Virus record (IMG/VR): IMGVR_UViG_3300021400_000552
Span: 32,001 to 96,000 of that record
DNA from: a virus
Taxonomy: Duplodnaviria; Caudoviricetes
Length of the DNA stretch: 64,000 bases
Direction: 5' to 3' (one strand)
Below, one piece after another: positions 10,353 through 22,300 of the stretch; position 1 is the first letter of the stretch, and every line of letters begins with the position of its first letter. The translations under genes were made by a program, and so were the position numbers. The notes beneath the pieces are model-generated. The model was not told where the DNA came from. It did not search any database and saw only the letters and a list, made by a program, of their open reading frames with translations.

Positions 10353-13300
10353 ATGATTATTAATTTCTCGTCTATTCAGCGAGATTATTATGGCAATATA
10401 GAAGAGCCAGTGGTCACATTAAAAACGCCGCATGGTGCGGTGATATCAACGATACCGGCAAATTGCATCAATATGACATGTCGTTATAATGATGTGTCTG
10501 AGGTTACTTTCGACGTCCCAGGATACATTGAAGGTGTGAAAACACATGCATATGATGACATACAGGGGTTGCGACTGGTTGAAATTGGTGATTTTGGCGA
10601 TTTTGTATTAGTCAATCCAGTAAAAGAGGACGAAGATGGCATTAAAGAGGTTAAGCATTGTACGGCTTATTCATTAGAATATGTGTTCAATTACAAACAA
10701 GTGGACCTTGGAAGTGGTACGTATAATTTTTGTAATCCTCTAGATAATACGGATACAATTATGGGAATGCTCGTAGAGGCAGTACCAGATTGGAGCATTG
10801 GTGATGTCGATGAAGCATTGATAGGACGTTGGCGTACATTTGAACAGACAGACGATAATTGGTATTCATTTATGATGAATGACCTACAAAAGGCTTATAA
10901 CTGTTTGTTTATTTTTGATACTAAAAATAAGCGGATTAACGCTATCAATGTTTCTCGTGAGAATGAAAATTTACCTATATATTTATCATATCATAATTTG
11001 TTAAAGAGCGTGACAGTTACGGAACTATCGGAAGATGTGGTTACCGCATTGTCTGGTTACGGATCTGGCGATGATATGAATATCCGTGATGTTAATCCAA
11101 ATGGTACGACTAAGATTTATAATTTGGATTTCTTTATTGCACGCGGTGATTTACCAAGTGATTTAGCTGATAGGTGGCGTGAATATAAGGCGAAACTTGA
11201 GACTCAGCAAGTGGTATATTCTGGATTACAAATAGCATACAATGATCGATTAGCGCAATTATTAGCAGCGCAGGCTAATGTGTATGCGTTACAAACAGAT
11301 TACGATGCACTTGACACAACTTTGAAAACGAATCAGGAAGTGGCGTTACAGGCACAAACAGATTCGGAACGAGAGATTATAGACACTATAATAGCGGAAC
11401 TTAAAAATGAGGTGGCGCAGAAAGAACGCGCACTGATTGCAGCAAAGAAAGAAATCGCAGATGAAGATGGTAGCGGTCTAGAAAGAGACGTGGAAGAATT
11501 ACAACAACAACTTATGGATGTTGTTGAGGAGTGTAAACTTGATAACTTTTTCACTGTAGATGAGCTTGAAATTCTTTCGCAATATTTTATTGAGGATTCT
11601 ATCACAGAAGATTCTTTTGTTTTATCTGAATATGGCGCTGCCTTCGCTGACAATTTATATGCAAATCTTGATGAAAGTGCTTCAGCTCAAATTCAAGTTA
11701 CAAATTCTAAGGTGTATGCAACCGACGCCTTTGCTCTTATTGAAGATATAGAAGGTATGGATTTAGACGCCAGCCTACAACAACAGCTTATTGATCAACT
11801 TAATGATGATAAAGATAAAAGTTCGTTGGAAATGCGTGGTGGCACACTTACATTCTCATATTATGAAACCACGGATTACGGGCTGGAACAGCATACCCTG
11901 AGTGGTGATATTGTTAGTGTAGATTTTCAATATAACCTAAAAAATCTTTCTTCATATGTGGATGAAAATTCGCCGGATATGACGAAGAAGGATTATTTTA
12001 TACTAACTGCTGATTTAGCCAATGGTTCAGCGGATGACGCCCCCTACCCTTCTATGCGTTTGGCAATGGATGGATTTATTGGGAATCCAACACCGTCATC
12101 TACCGATACTACATTAGATATACATTTTAAAAATTTAACATACACTTGTACGGCATCTGTGACAGAGTTGCAAAAACAAGGCGTGCTAAAAGAGCTATAT
12201 GATTATACTAAAGACGAATTAAAGAAGCTTTCAGAACCGTCATATGAATTTAGCGTGGATTCTGCTAATTTTTTATTTGCAGAAAAATTCGAGCCATTTA
12301 AGGATGCGCTTAAACTTGGCAGTACAATTAATCTGGTTATAGATCAAGAAGAAGAAGAGGTTCTTGAGCCAATTCTTATAGAGGTTAATTTTGATTTTGA
12401 AGATCAAACTCGTTTACAACTAACTTTTAGTGATAAGTATAAGTCTTCTTCACATCAATTTAAGTTGGCTGATTTAATACAGGAAGCTACGCATTCCGCG
12501 CGTAGTGTTAGTTTAAACAAGGCATCATATTCATCATATAAGGATAGTGATGCGAGTTCTCAAGTGCGGCAGATGAAAGAGTCTGCCTTAGATGTCTCAA
12601 AAAATAAGATTATCAATGCAACAAATCAAAACCTTGAGTGGAATGAATCTGGTATTTTTCTACGTAAAAATGACGCTACTGGTTCTCCGCAACCACAGCA
12701 AATTGGTTTGATTAATGATGCGATCGTTTTCACAAAAGACGATTGGGACACTATTGAAATGGCTATTGGTGCGATTTACGATCAAAATACTGGACTTGGT
12801 TATGGAATCGCGGCACCATCTATTTATGGTACCTTAATTGCTGGTGAAAATCTTGTTATTGAAAATACTGTGCTTAGTGAAGACGGCACAGAGATTTTAA
12901 AACAATTTAAGGTAGATGCAACGGGTGCATGGTTGAATAACTCATCGCTTGTGCTCGCTAGTGATAATGGCGGGAAAATGTTTATTGATCCAGATTATGG
13001 ATTTGCAGCAGGAAATGCTGATCTTTATGAACTGGATGGTAATACAGTAATTCCAAGTTTTATAGATCCAGAAGATGGCAGCATTATCATGGATGAAGCG
13101 GAGTTGATTCATACTGCATCTGGTTCATATTACTATGTGCCTAAAAATGCGAATTTTTACTTCGATATCAAAACTGGTAATGCATATTTTGCTGGGGATA
13201 TTAATGGTAAAAATATATTAGCAGAAACCATTAATGGCATGGCTATTACACAGAACACACTTGATGGTTCAGCTATTATCAATGGCACAGTTGACGCTGG

Positions 13301-16300
13301 CGCCAAATTAACAGGTGATGTTGATGCGGATCAGCTATATAAAAATGTAGTCGCAGCTGTTAATCAATATGTTGATACACAATTGGCTAATCAAGATCCG
13401 ATAACAGCAATTAATAATAAAGTTATTCAGAACTTAAGTGCGGTTAATTTTACTGCAAATAAAATAGTTGCAGATGAATTATCTGCGGCGGCTATGGATG
13501 CTGTAAAAGCTGAAATTGGCACTCTTGATGCCGATACAATCATTTTGGATACCCCTACGGCCAAAATGATTATTGACCCTAAATATGGTATGGCGGCAGG
13601 CAATGCAAATTTATTTACGGTTGATAGTGAGGGAAATGTAACCCCATCTTTTACTGATTTAAGTGGTAATATTATTATCGATCCAAATACTGGTGCCCCG
13701 CGTAACTCTACCCTATTCTTTGATATTAAAACTGGTAAAACTTATTTTACTGGTGAAATTAGTGCATCTCAGATTACATCTGGTGATATATCATCTGATC
13801 GAATTAAGACTAATGTTATTAATGCTGTAAATGCATCAATTGGTACAGCTACTATTGACGCAGCGAAAATTGGTGATTTATCAGCGGATAAGATTACGTC
13901 TGGCGATATTGATGCGGATAGAATCAAGACAAATGTAATATCCGCTATTAACGCAGATTTAACTAGTGCTACTATCAATACAGCGCATATACCAAATCTT
14001 GATGCAAGTAAAATTACCACTGGCACTTTAAGTGCTGATGTTATTGACACAGAATCTCTACTTGCTGATTCTGCGACTATTGATGCATTAAAAGCTAAAG
14101 ATGCAACTATTGAGGGCAATATTACAGCCGCAACTGGTAGAATTGATACGCTTGAATCTACTGCTCTTACAGCTGATTCTGCGGTAATTACTAATTTACA
14201 GGCTGCCGATGCAACAATAACAGGCAGATTAGATGCGGCTGAGGGAAATATTACAACATTAACAGCAGATAATGCTACGATTAATGGCAAAATTACTGCG
14301 GCTGAAGGTCGCATTGACACTCTTGAAACTACGGCTTTAACTGCAGATTCCGCTGTTATTACAAATTTACAGGCAGCTGATGCAACTATAACTGGTAGGC
14401 TTGATGCGGCTGAAGGCAATATTACAAATTTAACTGCCAATAAAGCAGATATTACGGATTTAAATGCTGCAACTGCAGATATTAATTTATTGAAAGCAAA
14501 TAAGGCAGATATTGACCTTGCAAACGTTAATAACGCATGGATCACTAATGGAGTTATTAAAGACGCTGCTATTTCTGATGCTCAAATTATTGGTGTGTCA
14601 GCTAATAAACTTACAGCAGGAACAATCGACGCTAATAAGATCACAGTCGCCAACTTGAACGCAAAGAACCTTGTAGTTGAAACTATTAACGGACAGGCTA
14701 TTCTTGGCGGGTCTTATAATGCTGTTGACAAAACGTCCGCTGGCTATGCATCAAAGGTTCCTGCTACTGAAGGCTGGTATGAGATCGTTGACGGCGCATT
14801 TGTTAAGTCATCTGACACTTCAGTACACAACAATAAAACCTATTACACGCTTGGTCAGACAAGCGTTACAACCACAGATTATGTTGATGATATTGTTGAC
14901 GGGCTCAACGATCGTATTGACGGGGCTATTCAAACATACACAACTGATGTGGTACCAACACTCAATAATTATCCGGCAGAAGATTGGACTACAACTAAAT
15001 TGCTTGACGAGCATGTTGGTGATGTTTGTTATGTTGTTAACGCAGCATCGCAAGCTGACGGATATTGTTATAGATTTACTAAGGCTCAAGATAACAATTA
15101 CTCTTGGACTTTAATTAAAGACTCCGATGTAACAAAAGCATTGCAGGATTTAATTACAGCACAAGGCGATATATCTGGGTTAAAGTCATTTGAGACACAA
15201 ACAACGTCTTGGATGAATAACACTGATGACGAATTAACAAGTATTAAATCTCGTACATCCACACTAGAAACTAACATGGATACAAAGGTGGATACGACTA
15301 CGTTTAATACATTAAGTCAGACTGTTGATGAAAACTCGTCGTCGATTACGACACTTACGACAACGGTTAATGGGAAAGCAGACAGCTCTATTGTCACTAC
15401 CCTATCTAATACTGTCAACACTGTAAGTCAAAAGGCTAATCAAAATGAATCTGATATTCGCACTTTAACTCAAACCGTAACTGATAATGAAACAGATATT
15501 GAGCAGAAGTATAGTAATGTCACGCAAGATTTAAATGGATTTAAAACTACGGTTGGTAATACATATACTAAAGTAGCTGATTTAGTAAACAATCAGACCG
15601 ATTATTATATGTTAACAACCTCTAATGAATCTGTTGAAAATGCAAAAGAGCGATATGTAAAAACTACATTTGGCGTAGTAGCAAGCTTCGATGATGGTGT
15701 TGATAGGCCCATGAAATCGTTACAGATGGATCTCACACCCAAGCAAGACCTACACGGATACGACAGCCCGTGGATTGGTGGTTCGGGGAAGAATAAGTTA
15801 GACCAATCCGCATATACATGGCTCGATGCTACATCATATAGCAACGGAGTGTTTACCGCAGAAACACGAACCCCATTCAATTCTGCTATGGTGCGGTTAT
15901 ATAAGAATGGCGAAGTAGTAAGCACAATCAACAAAGCACCAACAGAGGGCAGTAGGGTATCCATGAATGTTACAGTGGATGACACTTGGGATGCTTGCTT
16001 TATCGGTTATCGAATGGGAGGAGCGAGCAACATTGGTGGATTGTTTAACAAGCCGATTGTAGCAGACGGAACTTATACAGTTTCTTTTATGGTAGATAAA
16101 CTTCCGTCAACAAGCGTCTATGGTAAATTCTCAAACATTCAATTTGAGAGTGGCTCAACTGCAACGTCCTACGAACCCTACTCCAACGTTTGCCCCATCA
16201 GCGGATGGGATGAAGTGGAGACGCAGAGGACGGGCGTAAATGTGTGGGGCGGTGTCACAATGGCGAACGGCATCAAAAACGCCATACCACAAGCCGTGTT

Positions 16301-19300
16301 GGATACCGATGCAAAGACCATATCGTATGCGAGTGGGTATGCTTTACCAAACTCCGTCTTCACAAGTGGCGTACCATTCAAGGCGAATACGCAATACACG
16401 CTCATATTAAAATTCTCCAACACCAAAGCGAGAACAAATGTGAGAGTGGTGTACACCGATGGAACAAATCAATTCATTCCGACTTCGGCAACGGGCTTAC
16501 AGACAATCACATTCACTTCCACGGCAAACAAGACCATTGACTACATCGGCGGACTTAATAGTGATGGCGCGTCGGTGTTCTACTACGAAGAGTGCGGAGT
16601 GTTCGAGGGCGTTCTGACCGCAGACCAATTTGAACCATATCAGAGCGAATCCTACACCACCCCACTCCCCACCACAGTATACGGTGGGACGGTTGATGTG
16701 GTCAACGGGACGCTGACGGTGGATAGGGCGATGGTGGACTTGGGGACGCTGTCGGCTGGCTATAACTCGACATGGCAATGTTGGTATCTTGCAAGCGGAA
16801 TCAGCGGTGCAAAGGTTGTTGGCTCAAACAATAATGCGCCGAGTGCGATTTCTGACAGAATGACAGCAGTTAAGGCAAGTGGTTATACATCATCACATAG
16901 TACAGGCACATTCTCGCAGAACACAAGTGGAGCATGGTTTTTCGACAACGGAAGTGAAACACAACTTAATGGCACTCTCGTCTACGAACTCGCCACACCA
17001 CAAACCATCCAACTCACCCCACAGCAGATACAGACTCTCCTCGGACGCAACAACGTGTGGAGCGATGGCGGGGTTGAGGTTAGAGTAAAATACGTCGCTG
17101 AAAAAGACGCAGAATGGACTATCACCCTACTCTACCCTACTGAAGAAAGCCCATATGTTTGGTGGAAACATCGTACAAATTTCTCAAATAGTGATGATTA
17201 TTATGAGAGTGATCCTACGATATTTAATTCCTATCCAGAGGATTTAAGCAACAGAATATCCAACGTAGAAACATCTTACGTCAAAACGTCTACTTTTAAT
17301 GTCACAACAGATGAAATACGTGGCGAGGTATCTTCTTTAGAAACTACCACTAAGTCATATACAGATGGCAAGATTTCACAAGAAGTCACAGATCGTAACT
17401 CTGCAATACAACAAAGTGCAAATAATATTACAAGCACTGTATCGCAAACATATGCGACTAAAGATACTGTTAATGGAATTAGTAATAGAGTCACAAGTGC
17501 CGAATCATCCATCACTCAAAATGCAAATAACATTGCCTTAAAGGTAAGTCAAGATGGTGTGATTGCATCTATTAATGCATCACCAGAATCAGTTACAATT
17601 AATGCAAATCGTGTCAATATTGCTGGTGCGGCTATCTTTAGTCAGTACACTAAAACGGCTGATCTCGATGATACTATTTCCGATCTTGGATATGCACAAA
17701 CATCAGATACTGTTGCTGATGCACAACGGATATATATATCGAAGAGCGCCACTGGTTCGTACACTGGTCCAACAACATGGGTAACTTCTACTACTTATAC
17801 GGCAGATGTTTGGACTACCAAACGTCCCGCATACGATTCCAAACATCCCTATTTATACACATGCATACAGAAAAAGACTGTGGATGGCACGATAACGTGC
17901 ACGCCTGTGTTGCTTGATGACACCACCACTATTATTGACGGTGGAAAAATTATTACCGGTTCTGTATCAACAAGCCAGCTCGCTACAGATGCTGTTAAGT
18001 CGTCAAATTATGTTGCTGCAGATAGTGATCTCCCCTACTCTTCCGACGGAACATTTCTTGATCTGAGTAGTGGTAATATCTATTCTCCGAATTTTGGCGT
18101 TATTAATAGTGCTGTATTGGATGAACATGGAGATGTTGTATTGCAGCCAGGTGCTTATTTGAATGGTGAAATCGTTGCTACATCTGGTATGATTGGCGAT
18201 GACGAAAATACGTCATGGGAAATTGGTGCATTTACAGATTACAATGCAGACACTTATGGTTCACTTATATCTCATGGTAAAGCGTTCATACAATCTGGCA
18301 AATGGATGTTGAGCGAAGACTTATTTGATACGCGCTGGTACGCTCTTGATGGATCTACTGGCGGGCAAAAGATCACATACCCATATGACGCATCTGTATA
18401 CTGGGATTTTGGTTTACACGCCCCAGACGTGGTTAAAACAAGCAATAGAACAACGTTAGATGACTCATTTTTATATATACGTAAGCATGCTTCAACTATC
18501 CCATCGATTGAATCTGAATGGGATTATGTATTTCGAATTGATAAATCTGGCATGGTTTATATAAATGGCCAATCTTTAGATGATAAATATGCATCCAAAA
18601 CTGACGTTGGTAGTGATTATTTGCCAAAAACTGGCGGTACGATTACGGGCAATTTAACTGTTACCGGAACAATTACCGGAACGGCTAGCAATGCCGCGAA
18701 GACAACCGGCACTTTATCAATTAACGGCAAGACATTTAATGGCTCCGCTGATGTGAATGTCGGAACACTTGGTGTTGCGTACGGTGGTACGGGAGAAACG
18801 ACGCTAAATGCTGCAGCGAATAGTTTGATCAACTCTCTAGGCGCAGGTACTGCAACAACTATTACTGATAATGTTGACATTATTACTCGCGACACTGGTA
18901 CATCTAATAATTACTATCGTAGAAAAGCTACTGTTCTTTGGAATTATATTAATGGTAAACTAACATCCGCAGATACCTATATGCCTAAATCTGGCGGCAC
19001 GTTCACTGGCGACGTAACATTTAACGGCGAAACCACATTCAACTCCCCTGTTTCCATAAATGACGAATTATATGCAGATAGTGTTAATGCCGGGAATTTG
19101 ATTGTCAGTGGCGCCGGACGGTTTACGAATGGTTTATATGGTGATTTGATTGGTAATGTATCTGGTAATGTTACTGGTGATCTTACAGGTAATGTAACTG
19201 GTAATGTTTCTGGTTATGCTAGAAAAGTTTTAGATGCCGGAAATAATACATCTGAAATCACATTTGCATATTCTAAGCAAGGTCTAACAACAGCGTCATG

Positions 19301-22300
19301 GCTTGCAGCATGGAATGGTTATGAATTACGGGCTATTTCTCCTACGGTTGTCAAGGGTTTGATGTCGTTATCTAAGTCAGATGTGGGCCTTGATAATGTA
19401 GAGAATACCATAGATGCAAATAAGCGTGTTAAGGGTGCGAATATCACTACAGAGCTTAATTCTGTCGCTAAATACTCAGACACATCTGGTACGTTTGCAG
19501 ATTCTGGGATTTATATTGACGATAATAATAATCTAGTGATTGGCGCTACTGACGCATCAAATAACGTTACTCATACCGGAAACCTTAAAATAGGTGTGAG
19601 AAATGACAGTTATGGATTGATGCCATATGCAAACAACTGGAATACTATTGGCGCATCCAATATGCGGTGGTATCACATTTGGGGGAGCACTATTCACGCT
19701 ACTCATGGTGATATTACAAATTGGTGGTCTAATAATAATATTGGCTCACCTGTAACATCAGGTGCAGCGGCTACTAAGGGTAAGTTTAATTTATATAATA
19801 TTTGTGCTGTTGGTGGAACACAGACTAAAACATCAATTGAGGCAAATGACGCAACGAATAGTAATATCTCACTCATTTTGCCGTCTGAATCAGGTACGTT
19901 AGCTCTGACAAAGAACTATCAACCGTATGTTCATTATTCTACGACGGCTGCTAATGACACGATGGCGTCGAAGTATTATAAAATAAAAATTAACTCTACA
20001 CAGGCTTGGATGTTAAGCTTCGTTGTAAGGTTATATCATTATTATTCTGCCTATGATTTACAAATTAGTGGTTATAACTATGGTTCAAGTCATTGGTATT
20101 CGCCAGATGTCGTAATGCTGGGTTCTAATACAACTGGGGCAATCGACGTAACGTTTGGGTATGATGGTGACTATCAACTATGGGTGTCTATTCCGGCTAG
20201 TGCATATACTGGATTGGACATTACTAATGTTACAAATGGATATTTCCAAGTGGATAATCTGGAAGGTTTGTTTACGATAACATTAGAAGATAGCCAACCA
20301 ACTACTGTTCAAACAACCAAAACGGCTTATCGCCCGTGGTATCGTAATGAAACAGTAACTAATGCTACTAATGCCACTAATGCGACAAATGCATCTAAGG
20401 TTAATAACCATACTGTAAATGCTGATGTACCGTCTGGCGCGAAGTTTACAGATACAACGTATGTAGTGGCGACAAATACAGCTGATGGCCTAATGTCCGC
20501 CGACGATAAGAAGAAGCTTGATCAGATTAACGTTTCTGATATTGGTCGTGTTGATGCCAATACGATTGTTGGCGAGAAAGATATTAAAGTTACTATTTCA
20601 TCTGGTATTGCTACAGTCGGTCACGCTAATACAGCTATTACGGCTGGTACGGCAAGTGGCACTTCAAGCGCTACCAATTTGGCATTTGGCGCAACAGTTA
20701 CTTTACCATCTGTAACATATGACGCTTATGGTCATATTACAGCAGCAAGTACAACATCGTTTAAACTCCCAGCTGCACCTACAAGTGTAAGTGGTAATGC
20801 TGGTACTGCAACGCAATTTAGTTCTGCGGCAAGCGTAACGTTAACTGGTGATACAACTGGTTCCGCAAGTAGCGTTAAAGGGTGGTCGTTAACTACGAAG
20901 ACTGATCGCCTATCCACTGTCAGTGATAATCGTAGCGTTGCAACAACGCCAAATGAATATAAAAATAAATTTATATTCCAAGGGCTAAAAAATAATAGTA
21001 CTATTGGCAGTCCGTCTACCTCTACATACTCCTATTTGTTTGGACTACGTGGTTGGAGTGATAATTCTGGTGGCAATGCGCATGAACTAGCATTTAATGA
21101 TGCTGGCATTTATCGTCGTCAAGGTGCAACAGATTCATGGAATAATTGGGAACAATTGCTTGATTCTGGTAATTATACTGACTACACTGTGAAAAAAGAC
21201 GGCACTGGTGCTACTGGTGATTGGGATATCAATATCAGTGGTAATGCCGCTACAGCCAGTAAAATGGCTATTTTGGAGACTAAATCGTATAGCAATATTA
21301 TCGGTGCAACGACAGCAGATGCAGACACTCATTTCTACTTTGCAAAAATACAACCTGAAAGCTATAGTGCTAGATGGCGCATTAAATATAAAATTAGTGC
21401 AACTATGAATGGTCAACCAGAAGGTGCGGCATATTCTATAGTCGAGATTGAGGGTATGCGCAATACTTATGGTGTTTATCGCACATATAATATGCATACG
21501 AATAGCGGTTATCGACCGTATTATTACCATACACTTTATTTCGCAAGAGATACTGGTATTAATAATGGATATGGTCATGCGTTAGGTGTAAGTCTATTGT
21601 ATTCGTATGGCTCAGCCACAACTGCTAACGCTCGACATTTCGACATTGAGGTTTATGAATGTGAGGGATGTACTCTTACATTTTTAGATAATATGGTAAC
21701 ATATGCGGATTGGCCAGGTAATGGATCGACTAATTATTATAGCAGAAGTAATTTCGATGGTTCAACATATGGTTGGACGCAGGCTGGTGACAGGAATGAT
21801 GTTAATTATCAACAAAGAATTTATTATACTAGCAGTATAGCTGCCGAAGCTATTTATAGATATCAGTTATTATTGCGTGATAGAGATCAGCATTTAATAC
21901 CTGTTAGCTCTGCTAATAATACTTTCGCCATTGGAAAAACATATTCATCTAAACCATTTGATCCATTTGGGGAGATTTATTATTATTACAGTTCTGGTTC
22001 TGTATCAGCTAATGGCAATGTTGGTAATTCTACACTTTATAGACAATTTTTAGTAGATTTGCGTTATGCATTTGATTTAGACGCATCTTCATCTCATGAA
22101 TTGGTTGCCAGAAAACCTGTTTATCTTACAGCAACGCCACAGGCTGATGGCACTGCAATTTTGACAAAGCTTAATAATAGCACTATTGGGCCTTTGACAC
22201 AGAACCTGCCAACATCAGATGATGGATTAATTTACATTTATCTTGGACAGGCATATGAAGACTCACACCCATATAGATTAGAGCTGTCACTACATCATCC

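Noticed and set aside
13769-14545. 258-aa antisense ORF and similar opposite-strand ORFs in the tail genes
   Set aside because: These are shadows of Ala/Thr/Ile-rich repeats on the coding strand, with no RBS or recognisable motifs.
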